Shown in pieces: positions 1 through 10,299 of a stretch of DNA of 64,000 bases. How positions within the stretch are numbered: the first letter of the stretch is position 1; the number at the start of each line of letters is the position of its first letter. The notes under the pieces are model-generated. The model saw only the letters and a list, made by a program, of their open reading frames with translations, did no database searches and was not told where the DNA came from. The stretch is from Candidatus Spongiisociaceae bacterium (GTDB lineage Bacteria; Actinomycetota; Acidimicrobiia; Spongiisociales; Spongiisociaceae): NCBI GenBank assembly GCA_965202665.1, contig OZ241841.1:1824001-1888000 (forward strand), read 5' to 3'. The translations under genes were made by a program, and so were the position numbers.

Positions 1-1
1 A

Positions 2-163
2 TTCACCGTGCTGCCCATACAAATCTTTCAGTGGACCAGCCGACCGCAAGACGAGTTTCGCAACATCGCGGCGGCGGCGATTGTAGTGTTGTTGGTATTG
101 TTGCTTACCCTGAACGCCGCGGCGGTGATACTTCGCAACCGCTACTCAAGGAGGGCCGGGTAA
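2..163 (+). CDS. pstA: Phosphate ABC transporter permease PstA, C-terminal fragment (5' truncated by window)
   Basis: Frame 2 reads [31 protein letters not shown]...LRNRY, a typical PstA C-terminus; TAA abuts the pstB ATG. Confidence 0.85.
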   Translation, partial: FTVLPIQIFQWTSRPQDEFRNIAAAAIVVLLVLLLTLNAAAVILRNRYSRRAG

Positions 164-1021
164 ATGGAGCCCGCGACTTTGACATCGGAAACCGAGGTTG
201 ACGTGACCGTTGCCGAAACCGTCGTCGCCGGGCCGGAGGCTCCGTCCGCCGGGGAGCGGGTGTTCGCCATGGAAACCAACGGGCTGGCCGTTTTCTACGA
301 CCAGTTCCGGGCGGTGCGGGATGTTTCCCTGTCTTTCATAGACCGCAACATCACCGCCCTCATCGGGCCGTCGGGGTGCGGCAAAAGCACCGTGCTCCGC
401 TCCCTGAACCGGATGAACGACCTGATTCCCGGCACCCGGGTGGCGGGGGAGGTGATGTTCCACGGCGAGAACATTTACGGGGAGGGGGTGGATCCGGTGG
501 AGGTGCGCCGCCGGGTGGGGATGGTGTTTCAAAAACCCAATCCGTTTCCGAAGAGCATCTACCAGAACGTGGCCTGGGGGGCCAAGATCAACGGAATGAA
601 GCACGACTTGGACGAATTGGTGGAAGGTTCCCTGCGGGCGGCCGCCCTGTGGGACGAAGTGAAGGACAAACTGGACCAAAGCGGCTATTCCCTGTCCGGC
701 GGCCAACAACAGCGCCTGTGCATCGCCCGGGCCATCGCCGTCAAACCGGAAATCATTCTGATGGACGAGCCCACTTCCGCCTTGGACCCGGTGGCCACCC
801 TCCGCATCGAAGAGTTGATACAGGAGCTGAAAGTCAACTACACCATCATCATCGTCACCCACAATATGCAACAGGCGGCGCGGGTCGCCGACCATACCGT
901 GTTCTTCAATATGGACGAGGAGCGGGCCGGATACGTGGTGGAGTCGGGGGTGACCGGAATTATGTTCACCAACCCGTCCAAGAAGGAAACCGAGGATTAC
1001 ATAACGGGGCGGTTCGGATGA
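164..1021 (+). CDS. pstB: Phosphate ABC transporter ATP-binding protein
   Basis: GPSGCGKS Walker [15 protein letters not shown] signature, MVFQKPNPF, ends YITGRFG. Confidence 0.97.
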   Translation: MEPATLTSETEVDVTVAETVVAGPEAPSAGERVFAMETNGLAVFYDQFRAVRDVSLSFIDRNITALIGPSGCGKSTVLRSLNRMNDLIPGTRVAGEVMFHGENIYGEGVDPVEVRRRVGMVFQKPNPFPKSIYQNVAWGAKINGMKHDLDELVEGSLRAAALWDEVKDKLDQSGYSLSGGQQQRLCIARAIAVKPEIILMDEPTSALDPVATLRIEELIQELKVNYTIIIVTHNMQQAARVADHTVFFNMDEERAGYVVESGVTGIMFTNPSKKETEDYITGRFG

Positions 1022-1704
1022 CCGAAACCCGCAGTCATTTTCACGCCGCCATGAACGAATTGGAGGTGCTCCTGCTGGACATGGGGGAGGCCGCCTCCCG
1101 GCAGATCGCCGACTCCATGACCGCTCTCACCACCGACGACGCCCACCTGGCCGGGCAGGTGGTGGAAGGGGATAAGAACATCGACCATCTCTATCTGGAA
1201 GTGGAACGGCGCTGGCACGAAGTGATGGCCTTGCAAACCCCGGTGGCCTCCGACCTGCGCCTGATGTCCCTGATTCTGAACAGCAGCCACAGCTTGGAGC
1301 GGGTGGGCGACCAGGCGGCCAACATCGCCCGCATCGTGGAAACCACCGCCCGCCTGCCCCACCAGCGGACCATCATCCTCCATCTGCAGGAGATGAGCAA
1401 CATCGTGGTGCCCATGCTGGGGGCGGCCATGGAGTCGCTGGTGAAACGGGATTTGAACATTGCCCTGCGGCTGCCGGAAATGGACGACCCGGTGGATCGC
1501 ATCAACCGCAACATGTGGAGGGAGGTGTCCGCCTGCCGCCCCGACCCGGAACTGCTGGAGTGGGCCATTCACATGATGCTGGTGTCGCGGGCTTTGGAGC
1601 GGGTGGGGGATCGGGCGGTGGACATCGGCGAGCAGGTGGCTTTCCTGTTGACGGGCGAATTCCGCGAGTTCCCCGAAGCGTGGGCCCTGCCGGTGCGGTC
1701 CTAG
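1018..1704 (+). CDS. phoU: Phosphate signalling complex protein PhoU
   Basis: Starts MTETRSHF (ATGA overlap with pstB); two PhoU repeats with Q.PVASDLR and LERVGD motifs. Confidence 0.93.
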   Translation: MTETRSHFHAAMNELEVLLLDMGEAASRQIADSMTALTTDDAHLAGQVVEGDKNIDHLYLEVERRWHEVMALQTPVASDLRLMSLILNSSHSLERVGDQAANIARIVETTARLPHQRTIILHLQEMSNIVVPMLGAAMESLVKRDLNIALRLPEMDDPVDRINRNMWREVSACRPDPELLEWAIHMMLVSRALERVGDRAVDIGEQVAFLLTGEFREFPEAWALPVRS

Positions 1705-1716
1705 GTCGCGGCGGTT

Positions 1717-2406
1717 ATGACCTCCATCCTGGTAGTCGAAGACGAGGAAACCTTGGCCGAGTCGTTGCGCTACACCCTGACCCGGGAAGGATACGAGGTG
1801 GCGGTGGCGGCCGACGGACGTTCCGCCCTGGAGCGGCTGGCCCCCGTCCCGCCCGACCTGGTGGTGCTGGATTTGATGTTGCCCGGCCTGGGCGGGTTGG
1901 ACGTGTTGCGCCACATCCGCTCTTCGTTGGCCATCCCGGTGGTGGTGGTGACCGCCAAAGACGCCGAAGCGGACGTGGTGGCCGGGCTGGAACTGGGGGC
2001 CGACCATTATATGACCAAGCCTTTTTCCATGCGCGAACTGGTGTCGCGCATTTCGGCCATCCTGCGCCGGGCCCCCGCCTCCGCCAAACGCGACCGCTCC
2101 CGGGTGTTGAACGGCGGTCCGGTCGTCCTGGACATCGACCGGCACGAGGTGGCCGTCAACGGGGAACCGGTGGAGATGCGTCCCAAAGAGTTTGAGCTGT
2201 TGGAGGCGTTGCTGGCCCGCAAAGGGAGGCTGGTAGAGCGGGATACGCTGTTGGAGGAAGTGTGGGAGTCGCCGTTTTTCGGAGACGGCAAAACTTTGGA
2301 TGTGCATATCGGCCGGTTGCGGGAAAAAGTGGAGGAAGATCCCCGTTCCCCGCAGTGGATAGTGACCGTCCGGGGGATGGGTTACAAGTTCTCCGACCGC
2401 GGGTAG
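1717..2406 (+). CDS. OmpR/PhoB-family response regulator (RegX3-like)
   Basis: Receiver domain (VVEDE, LDLMLP, KPF) plus wHTH (TLDVHIGRLREK, TVRGMGY); in pho operon. Confidence 0.93.
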   Translation: MTSILVVEDEETLAESLRYTLTREGYEVAVAADGRSALERLAPVPPDLVVLDLMLPGLGGLDVLRHIRSSLAIPVVVVTAKDAEADVVAGLELGADHYMTKPFSMRELVSRISAILRRAPASAKRDRSRVLNGGPVVLDIDRHEVAVNGEPVEMRPKEFELLEALLARKGRLVERDTLLEEVWESPFFGDGKTLDVHIGRLREKVEEDPRSPQWIVTVRGMGYKFSDRG

Positions 2407-3576
2407 ATGGCGGACCGGGTTCTGCCCGCGTTTTCCGGTGCGGCGGTGGCCGCCGCCCTGGTTTTCCCGGCGCCTTGGCGGTGGCTCGCCGGGTTGGCCG
2501 CTTTGGCCGGGTTGTCCCTTTTTTACCGCCGGGTGCGCCGGGGACGGAAGGAGGCGGCGGCTGCGGCGGAGGAGTTGCGGGCCGAAGCGGGGGGGCTGGC
2601 GGAGCGGGGGAGCCTGCAGGCGGCTCTGTTGGAAGTGTTGCCGGTGGGGGTGATGGCGCAACGGGACGGACGTACGGTGTTCGCCAACCGGATGGCGGCG
2701 GAGGTGCTGGGGGGGAGGGTGATGGAGGAGGGGGCCCCGTTGCCCCGCGAAGTGCGGGAGGCGCTGGCGGCGGCGGCCGCCGGTGAGTTCGCCGCCCGGG
2801 AATTCGAACGGCATCCGGGGCGGGTGATTCAGGTTACGGCCCATCCTTCCGAATCGGACGATTTGCAAGTGGCCGCGGTGGAGGACGTAACCGAACGGCG
2901 CCGGGCGGAAACCATGAACCGGGATTTCGTCACCGCCGCCTCCCACGAGTTGAAAACCCCGGCGGCGGCCATCCGGGCGGCGGCGGAGACGGTTTTGATG
3001 GCTTTGGAGGACGACCCGGAGGCGGTGCGGGATTTCACCGGGCGCATCCTGGACAACTCGGTCCGTTTGTCCCGGATTATGGCCCACCTGCTGGACCTGT
3101 CGCGGTTGGAGTCGGGGGGGTTTCAGCCGGAGCCGTTCGATTTGTCCGACCTGTGCCGGGAGGAGGCCCTCCGGTTCGCTTCTTCGCAACCCCCGATCCT
3201 GTTGGAGGCGGAGCCGGCGCCGATGATGGGCAGCGAGGCCGATGTGGCTTTGGCGGTGCGCAACTTGTTGGACAACGCCCTGCGCCACACGCCGGAGGAC
3301 GGCCGGGTGCGGTTGACGGCCCTGTCCGCCAACGGGGAGGCCGCGGTGGAGGTATCCGACACCGGGTCGGGCATTCCGGCCGCTGATTTGCCGCGGGTGT
3401 TCGAACGTTTCTACCGGGTCGACGAGGCCCGTTCGCGGGCGATGGGGGGAACCGGCCTGGGGTTGGCCATAGTAAAACACGTGGCCGACATGCACGGCGG
3501 CCGGGTAGAGGCGGAAAGCGCCCTCGGAGAAGGCTCCACGTTCCGCATGCGCCTCCCCACAGCCCCCCGCCCCTGA
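2407..3576 (+). CDS. Sensor histidine kinase (SenX3/PhoR-like)
   Basis: N-terminal TM, SHELKTP H-box, NLLDNA, DTGSGI, FERFYRVD, GTGLGL. Confidence 0.93.
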   Translation: MADRVLPAFSGAAVAAALVFPAPWRWLAGLAALAGLSLFYRRVRRGRKEAAAAAEELRAEAGGLAERGSLQAALLEVLPVGVMAQRDGRTVFANRMAAEVLGGRVMEEGAPLPREVREALAAAAAGEFAAREFERHPGRVIQVTAHPSESDDLQVAAVEDVTERRRAETMNRDFVTAASHELKTPAAAIRAAAETVLMALEDDPEAVRDFTGRILDNSVRLSRIMAHLLDLSRLESGGFQPEPFDLSDLCREEALRFASSQPPILLEAEPAPMMGSEADVALAVRNLLDNALRHTPEDGRVRLTALSANGEAAVEVSDTGSGIPAADLPRVFERFYRVDEARSRAMGGTGLGLAIVKHVADMHGGRVEAESALGEGSTFRMRLPTAPRP

Positions 3577-3607
3577 ATTCCGCCGCCGGTCGGATACTCC
3601 GGTTTAG

Positions 3608-4342
3608 TCAGTTTCGCGTCGACTCTAGTTGGTCCCGTAACTGGTAATAAACAGGCAATGTACTACGATCTTTGGGACGGTTCGCCGCCTCTTTGCTGTC
3701 AATAATAGCTTGGAGATGGGCTATTCTGATATTCAGACCTCCTATAACCCATATCTCGGATCGGGGCAAAATATCTTCATAATTGCCTATGCCGGTTGCT
3801 GAAAACAAAATGTTACAGGGGCCGTATTCAGTCATGAGATTGACAACTTCGCGCAATCGGAAGAGTTCCGGATCGTTCCATTCAATATTTACGCCATAAG
3901 GAGGTTCGGAGATGCGGAGTTGGACTTTTTCGGCCTGCAGAAAGTTCATCAACCGTTGGATGGTTTCATCGTTCTGGGGGACGACTATGTCTACATCGTT
4001 GGTTCCACCGCTGTAACCGTGCGTAATGCCCGCTAAGCCGCCCACCAAAATAAAGTCCAAGCGGTGGGCCGTCAGCCGAGATAAGATTTTATCAGGGCTG
4101 AATGGGATCACGGCGGAGGGTCCTTTTCTTATCGCGTTACCGAACAGGTTGGCTATGTTGGCCGCCGACTGAATCCGGTCTTCCGGAGACAACTTCTGAA
4201 ATATTCCGAGCAGGCTTCGCGTATCCTCCTCCTCGGTGAGATCCGGATACTTCAAATACCACGGTTGCGGTGTTTCCCCCGAACCAGTTTCGGCCCCAGA
4301 TTCAACATCTTGAGAAAGGCGGGGCTCTTGTCCAGATTCCAT
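3608..4342 (-). CDS. Nucleotidyltransferase-fold protein with N-terminal extension
   Basis: FILVGGLA..HG...TNDVDIV motif and C-terminal SKEAANRPKD; AT-richer than neighbours; SD before ATG at 4342. Confidence 0.7.
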   Translation of the reverse strand: MESGQEPRLSQDVESGAETGSGETPQPWYLKYPDLTEEEDTRSLLGIFQKLSPEDRIQSAANIANLFGNAIRKGPSAVIPFSPDKILSRLTAHRLDFILVGGLAGITHGYSGGTNDVDIVVPQNDETIQRLMNFLQAEKVQLRISEPPYGVNIEWNDPELFRLREVVNLMTEYGPCNILFSATGIGNYEDILPRSEIWVIGGLNIRIAHLQAIIDSKEAANRPKDRSTLPVYYQLRDQLESTRN

Positions 4343-4355
4343 ACCGCCCTCCGCT

Positions 4356-4613
4356 TTACTCGGAGAATTCACGCGTCTCGACTGCCAAAGGGTTGCTCCG
4401 AGCCTGTCTGAACAGATTTTCTAAGCCAGGATTGTGCTCGGGTGGGGAGTCCAAGTAACGTTGCAAAGATTCGAAGTCCTCGGGCGGTATTTTGAAAACG
4501 CAACGGAACCCCTCGTCAATGTCGTAGCCGGGTTCCTCATTCAGCGAGGGGTCGTAGTCGGGTTCCTCGCCAAGGTAGGCGTCGACCGCTCGGGCGGGCT
4601 CGGCGTCCGCCAT
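4356..4613 (-). CDS. Small acidic protein with DUF1778/TacA-like C-terminal segment
   Basis: IPPEDFESLQRYLDSPPEHNPGLENLF resembles the DUF1778 antitoxin tail; SD ACGGAG upstream of ATG. Confidence 0.5.
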   Translation of the reverse strand: MADAEPARAVDAYLGEEPDYDPSLNEEPGYDIDEGFRCVFKIPPEDFESLQRYLDSPPEHNPGLENLFRQARSNPLAVETREFSE

Positions 4614-4676
4614 CGGCGACTCCGTTTTCGTTGGCGTGCGGCGGGGGGCGTTCCTTGGGGGTTCCATATGATATTT

Positions 4677-6077
4677 TCAAGCGTCGCTCGCCGCGGGCGG
4701 GGCGGCGGCTTGTACCGCTTTGGCTACATGCTCCGCCACATCCGGGTTGAATACCGAGGGAATTATGTAGGAGGGGTTGAGCTGGTCGTCCCTCACTACG
4801 GAGGCGATGGCCCGGGCGGCGGCCACGTTCATCTCCCCGGTCACCTGCGACGCCCGGGCGTCCAACACTCCCCGGAACACGCCGGGGAAGGCCAGCACGT
4901 TGTTGATCTGGTTGGGCAGGTCGGACCGTCCGGTGGCCACCACCGCCGCGTAGTCGCGGGCCTCCGCCGGGTCGAACTCGGGGTCGGGGTTGGCTAAACC
5001 GAACACGATCGGGTCGGAGGCCATCCGTTTCATCTCCCGGGTCGGGAAAAGGTCGGCGGCGCTCACCCCGATGAACACGTCGGCCCCGTTCAGGGCTTCC
5101 AGGATTCCCCCGGTGAGCCGTTGCGGGTTGGTGTGATCCCTCAACCAGATTTTGGAGGAATGGGAGGCTTCCCGGTGCGGCCCGATGATGCCCCCCCGGT
5201 CGCACACCGTGATGTCGGCCACCCCGGCGGTGAGCAGCAGTTTGGCCACCGCCACCCCGGCCGCCCCCGCCCCGCTGATGGCCACCCTCAGGTCGGCCAT
5301 GCGTTTGCCGACCACTTTCAGGGCGTTGGTGAGGGCGGCCAGCGTCACGATGGAGGTGCCGTGCTGGTCGTCGTGAAAAACGGGGATGTCCAGGGAGGCG
5401 CGCAGCCGTTCTTCAATGTCGAAGCAGCGGGGGGCGGAGATGTCCTCCAGGTTGACGGCCCCGAAGCCGGGGGCCATCATTTCCACCGCCCGCACGATTT
5501 CGTCGGTGTCGGAGGAGTCCAGGCAGATGGGCCATCCGTCCACTCCGGCGAACCTTTTCAGCAGGGCCGCTTTGCCTTCCATCACCGGCAAGGCCGCCAC
5601 CGGGCCGATGTCGCCCAGCCCCAGCACGGCGCTGCCGTCGGTGACGATGGCCACCGTGTTGCCTTTGACGGTCAGGTTGCGGGCCGCTTCCGGGCGGCGG
5701 GCCAATTCCATGCTGACCCGGGCCACGCCCGGGGTGTAGGCCATCGACAGCTGGGCGCGGGTTCGCAACGGCACTTTCAATCTCACTTCCAGTTTGCCTC
5801 CCAAGTGGAGCAGAAAGGTGCGGTCGGACACGTTGCGCACCGTCACGCCCGCCAAGGCGTTCACCGCCTCCGACAGTTCGGCGGTGTGGTCGCTGTCCCG
5901 GGCGTTGGCGGTCAGGTCCACCACCAAGCGGGCCGCCTCCGATTCGACGATGTCCAAGGCGGTGACCGTTCCCCCCGCCTCGCCGATGGCGGTGGCGATG
6001 CGCCCGATGGCCCGCTGGTCGTCGGGCGCGATGTAGAGGCGCATGGTTACCGAATATCCGGCGCTGGTGATGGCCAT
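4677..6077 (-). CDS. NAD(P)-dependent malic enzyme with N-terminal ACT domain
   Basis: AYTPGVA, VTDGSAVLGLG, PVMEGKA, NLEDISAP, FHDDQHGT, GAGAAG, QINNVLAFPG. Confidence 0.95.
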   Translation of the reverse strand: MAITSAGYSVTMRLYIAPDDQRAIGRIATAIGEAGGTVTALDIVESEAARLVVDLTANARDSDHTAELSEAVNALAGVTVRNVSDRTFLLHLGGKLEVRLKVPLRTRAQLSMAYTPGVARVSMELARRPEAARNLTVKGNTVAIVTDGSAVLGLGDIGPVAALPVMEGKAALLKRFAGVDGWPICLDSSDTDEIVRAVEMMAPGFGAVNLEDISAPRCFDIEERLRASLDIPVFHDDQHGTSIVTLAALTNALKVVGKRMADLRVAISGAGAAGVAVAKLLLTAGVADITVCDRGGIIGPHREASHSSKIWLRDHTNPQRLTGGILEALNGADVFIGVSAADLFPTREMKRMASDPIVFGLANPDPEFDPAEARDYAAVVATGRSDLPNQINNVLAFPGVFRGVLDARASQVTGEMNVAAARAIASVVRDDQLNPSYIIPSVFNPDVAEHVAKAVQAAAPPAASDA

Positions 6078-6178
6078 GGTGAAACTCCGTGAGAATGGGG
6101 GACGGGTTCTTTATAGACTACCCAATCCTCCTTTTGGTGACACAGGCGGTCGAGGGGCGGCGGTGATACCCTGGGTTT

Positions 6179-7933
6179 ATGGTTTCCAACTTGGAGTTGG
6201 CGGAGGCGTTTACGGAGTTGGCGGACTTGACCCGGATAGCGGACGGGAACAACCATTCGTTTCGGGCCCGGGCCTATGACGCGGCCGCCCGCATCGTGGA
6301 AGGATTGGCTTCCCCGGCGGCGGAAATGACGGAGCCGCAGTTGCGGGAACTGGACGGCATCGGCGGGGCCACCGCCGCCCGCATCAGGGAATACGCCGAG
6401 TCGGGGAAGATAGCCAAGCTGGAAGAGTTGCGGGCCGAGTTTCCCCCCGAATTCGTGGAGTTGACCCGCATTACCGGCTTGGGGCCGAAAACGGCTTTGG
6501 CGCTGCGGGAGCGGTTGGGCGTGGCGTCGGTGGCCGATTTGGAGGAGGCCCTGGCCGGGGAGCGGCTGCGGGACCTGCCCGGCTTGGGGGCGAAAACCGA
6601 GGAGAACCTGCGCAACGCGGTGCGGCGGCTGGGGTTGTCCGGCAAGGAGCGGCGCATCCCGATCTTGGAGGCGCAACGTCTGGCCCGCCGGTTGGCGGAG
6701 GCGGCGCGGGCCGCCCCCGGGGTGGAGCGGGCGATGGTTTGCGGCAGCCTGCGCCGTTTCCGGGAGACGGTGGCCGATTTGGACATTTTGGTTGCGATCG
6801 CCGCAGGCGACTCGGAGGGACGGCGGGCGTTGGAGGGGGCCTTGGCGGCGGCCGCTCCGGTGCGGGAAGCGGTGGCGGCGGGGGAGACGAAAACCACTTT
6901 CATCACCCATTCCGCCCTGCAAGTGGATGTGCGGGTGGTGCGTCCCGACCAGTGGGGGTCGGCCGCCCTTCATTTCACCGGTTCCAAGGAGCACAATGTC
7001 CGGTTGCGGAGGTTGGCCATCGAGCGGGGATGGGCGTTGAACGAGTACGCCTTGGCGGAGTCCGAGTCGGGGCGGGTGGTGGCGTCGGAAACCGAAGAGG
7101 AGGTGTACGCCGCCCTGGGCTTGCCGTGGATCCCCCCTGAGTTGCGGGAGGACCGGGGGGAAATCGAGGCCGGCCAAGCCGGGGGGTTGCCGGAGATGGT
7201 GGAGGAGGGCGACCTGCGGGGGGATCTGCATGTGCACACCGACCTGTCCGGAGACGGGGAAGATTCTTTGGAAGCAATGGTTGCCGCGGCGGCCGGGCGG
7301 GGTTTGGAGTACGTGGCGATCACCGACCACGCCGAGAACCTGACCATAAACGGGGCGAATCGGGGGCAAATGCTGGCCCAGCGGGAGCGCATCCGGGAGT
7401 TGCAGGAGGACTATCCCCGGATGCGGATTCTGCACGGGACGGAGTTGAACATCGCTCCCGACGGGTCGTTGGACTACGACTTTGATTTCCTGATGGGCTA
7501 CGACTGGTGCGTGGCGTCGGTGCACAGCCATTTTGACCTGCCCGCCGCGCAGCAGACGGAACGGTTGCTGGCCGCCCTCCGTCATCCGGCGGTGAACGTG
7601 ATCGGGCATCCGACCGGGCGGCGCATCGGGAGGCGGCCGGGAATAGAGTTTGACGCGGAGGCGGTGCTGGCCGCGGCCGAGGAAACCGGCTCCGCTTTGG
7701 AAATCAACTCCAACTTGGAACGCTTGGACGCGCCGGCGGAGTTGCTGTGGGAAGCGCGGGGCCGGGATGTCCTGTTCGTGATCAGCACCGACGCCCACCG
7801 GGTAAAAGAGTTGGATAAGAGCAGATGGGGAATCCGCTGGTCCCGCCGCGGCTGGGTCCCCAAAAAGCAGGTGGCCAACACCCGGCCCGCCGCCCAGTTT
7901 CTGGAATGGGCCGCCTCCGTCCGCCGAATCTAG
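6179..7933 (+). CDS. polX: DNA polymerase X / PHP 3'-5' exonuclease
   Basis: HhH motifs, GSLRR..ETVADLD, HFTGSKEHN, PPELRE; PHP motifs HVHT, TDH, HPTGR, STDAH. Confidence 0.95.
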   Translation: MVSNLELAEAFTELADLTRIADGNNHSFRARAYDAAARIVEGLASPAAEMTEPQLRELDGIGGATAARIREYAESGKIAKLEELRAEFPPEFVELTRITGLGPKTALALRERLGVASVADLEEALAGERLRDLPGLGAKTEENLRNAVRRLGLSGKERRIPILEAQRLARRLAEAARAAPGVERAMVCGSLRRFRETVADLDILVAIAAGDSEGRRALEGALAAAAPVREAVAAGETKTTFITHSALQVDVRVVRPDQWGSAALHFTGSKEHNVRLRRLAIERGWALNEYALAESESGRVVASETEEEVYAALGLPWIPPELREDRGEIEAGQAGGLPEMVEEGDLRGDLHVHTDLSGDGEDSLEAMVAAAAGRGLEYVAITDHAENLTINGANRGQMLAQRERIRELQEDYPRMRILHGTELNIAPDGSLDYDFDFLMGYDWCVASVHSHFDLPAAQQTERLLAALRHPAVNVIGHPTGRRIGRRPGIEFDAEAVLAAAEETGSALEINSNLERLDAPAELLWEARGRDVLFVISTDAHRVKELDKSRWGIRWSRRGWVPKKQVANTRPAAQFLEWAASVRRI

Positions 7934-8108
7934 AAAACATCCTCGGTCATACCGGCGGCGGACCGCAATCGGGGGAGGGGGAGGGGGGGACGGCATGGGG
8001 CTGAGGGCGCCCGACCGGCTGAGATACCCGATTACCTGTTCAAGGCCATGCCCCGGCGGCGCCGGGTAGCCTGCCCGTTTATGTCACAGGCGGGGTGTAC
8101 CGTGGGCG

Positions 8109-9731
8109 GTGCACTCCGGAGGAAGGAAACAATTGACTGAAACAAAGAAGCGGTCGGCCGTTGGGCGGTTGCATACGTTGATGGGGCTGGCGGGTTTGGG
8201 TTTGCTGGCCGTTATCGGGGCCTGTTCGGATTCCGGGGCGGAGGATGTCCTACGGCAGAGCCTGTCCGCTACGGAGTCGGAGCGCGATGTTGTTGCGTCC
8301 CAACGCGATGAGTTGCGGGGCGATCTGGCGGCGGCGGAGGCGGAGCGGGATGGACTGCGCGGGGATTTTGCTTCCGCGGAGTCGGAGCGCGACAGCCTGC
8401 GGGCTGAGTTGGATTCCGCCGTGGAGGAATGGGATGCGTCGCTGTCCAAGTTGGATGCGGTCCGCGCCGAGCGCGACGGCCTGTTGTCCTCCAACGAGGG
8501 TCTCAACGCCCGTATTGCCGACCTGGAAGACGATTTGGACGATGCGCAAGACGATCTCAGCGAGGCTCGCGCCTCCTTGTCGGACTCCGAAGGCCGGGTG
8601 CGGGAGTTGCTTGCCAAATACGATGAGGAGATACGCGCTGATTTGCGGGCGGAGGCTGATGCGGAAATTGAGCGGGCCTGCGGGGAGGCCGTACGGCGTT
8701 ACAAAGACACGGTGGAATCGAGCATCCAGTGGAATGATTCCTGGTCCCCGGTAACGGCGCGCGCCGAGTTGACCGCGGCGGTGGAAGAATGCGCCGGTCC
8801 GGGTCGCTCCAATGCGGCCGATGTGGATATGGAAATTGAGCGGGCGTGCGACGCGGCTGTGGAACGGTACGACCTGCCGGTTGCCTCGGTCGTGGAGTGG
8901 AAGTCGGCTTGGTCGACGGTTATGTCCCGGGATGCTTTGACGGCGGCGGTGGAAGAATGCGCTGAGCCGCAACGTTCGCGGTCGTTGGAGTTGCGAGCCG
9001 AAGCTGATGAGGAAATTGAACGGGCCTGCGGGGCGGCGGTGGAACGGTACGACTCGCCGGTGGAGTCGGTCGTCCGCTGGAACAACAATTGGTCTCCGAT
9101 CACCTCCGAAGCCGACCTGACGGCCGATGTCGCAAAATGCGCCGAGCGGGGGCGCGCCAACGCAGCGGCGGTCGAGGCCGAAATTGAACGGGCCTGCGGC
9201 GCGGCGGTGGAGCGTTACCGCACCTCCGTGTCGTCTCTGATTCGTTGGAGGTCGGCATGGTCATCGGTGATGTCGCGGGACGAGATGGTTGCGGAGGTGG
9301 AAGACTGCGCCGAGCCGGAACGGGCCGAAGCGGCGGAACGGGCCGACTTCCTTGATAACTGTGAGAGAATTAGCGTCGACCAAGTGGAGAAAAACCCCGA
9401 CGGCCTGAGTGGACAATGCTTTGTATTATATGCCTACATAGTGCAATTTGATTCAGCAACCGGCCCCTGTGCTTTCCATGCTGAAATTTCCCGTAATCGA
9501 TCTACACGTTGGTATGATTTTGATGTTCGTAGCGCTTTTGGATATGGTAGTAGATGGGAGGGCTCCGTTTTGAGAACTGATTGTCCGGAATTGGATAACA
9601 TTGATGGTGATGACTATATCAAGGCGTGGGCGACAGTTCTGGGTACTCACAATTATGAATCAACTGCTGGATGGGATGTCACGGTCCCTTCCTTCAAGAT
9701 AGAGAAAGTAGAACTGGTGCGAAAGGACTGA
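8109..9731 (+). CDS. Putative lipoprotein: coiled coil, four Cys-paired repeats and C-terminal OB-fold-like domain (true start probably downstream, e.g. MGLAG)
   Basis: Lipobox-like LAVIGAC; (A/S)ERD coiled-coil repeats; EIERAC...W...W...C repeated four times. Confidence 0.75.
   Translation: MHSGGRKQLTETKKRSAVGRLHTLMGLAGLGLLAVIGACSDSGAEDVLRQSLSATESERDVVASQRDELRGDLAAAEAERDGLRGDFASAESERDSLRAELDSAVEEWDASLSKLDAVRAERDGLLSSNEGLNARIADLEDDLDDAQDDLSEARASLSDSEGRVRELLAKYDEEIRADLRAEADAEIERACGEAVRRYKDTVESSIQWNDSWSPVTARAELTAAVEECAGPGRSNAADVDMEIERACDAAVERYDLPVASVVEWKSAWSTVMSRDALTAAVEECAEPQRSRSLELRAEADEEIERACGAAVERYDSPVESVVRWNNNWSPITSEADLTADVAKCAERGRANAAAVEAEIERACGAAVERYRTSVSSLIRWRSAWSSVMSRDEMVAEVEDCAEPERAEAAERADFLDNCERISVDQVEKNPDGLSGQCFVLYAYIVQFDSATGPCAFHAEISRNRSTRWYDFDVRSAFGYGSRWEGSVLRTDCPELDNIDGDDYIKAWATVLGTHNYESTAGWDVTVPSFKIEKVELVRKD
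8664..9320 (+). repeat. Four intragenic tandem repeats of about 56-60 codons
   Basis: gaaattga(g/a)cgggc(c/g)tgcg recurs near 8664, 8832, 9012 and 9180. Confidence 0.85.
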
Positions 9732-9762
9732 TTTCATCCCGCCGGGCGGTAGGCTGGAGGTT

Positions 9763-10299
9763 ATGGAGGGTATCAACGTGGCCGTGTTCGGTTCGTCGCG
9801 GGCTGTGCCCGGTGATGGGGATTATGAGACGGCGGCGGAGGTGGGGCGGTTGCTGGCCGAAGCCGGGTTCGGGGTGGTCAACGGGGGTTACGACGGGTTG
9901 ATGGCCGCCGTCTCGCAGGGGGCGGCCGAGGCGGGGGGACGGGTGATCGGAGTGACGGCGCCCGCTTTCTTCCCCGGCCGGTCGGGGGCCAACCGGTTCG
10001 TCGCCGAAGAAATCCAAACCGCCTGCCTCACCGAACGATTGCATGTGATGTCGCAACGCACCGCGGCGGCCATCGTTTTGCCCGGCTCCATCGGCACCTT
10101 CACCGAGCTGGCCGTCTACTGGAACGACGCCTACCTGGCCCCCCTGCGGGAAGCTCCGCCCCGACCGGTGGTGGCCTTGGGAGGGAAGTGGCGGCCCCTG
10201 TTGGAACATTTGGAAGCCGCCCTGTCCGTTCCCTCCGGGCTGGTGAGTTTCGCCGCCGCCCCCCAGGAGGCGGTGTCCATCATCAAGGCCCGAACCTGA
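9763..10299 (+). CDS. LOG family protein (nucleotide monophosphate nucleosidase / lysine decarboxylase-like)
   Basis: VAVFGSS, NGGYDGLM, LPGSIGTFTEL. Confidence 0.85.
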   Translation: MEGINVAVFGSSRAVPGDGDYETAAEVGRLLAEAGFGVVNGGYDGLMAAVSQGAAEAGGRVIGVTAPAFFPGRSGANRFVAEEIQTACLTERLHVMSQRTAAAIVLPGSIGTFTELAVYWNDAYLAPLREAPPRPVVALGGKWRPLLEHLEAALSVPSGLVSFAAAPQEAVSIIKART

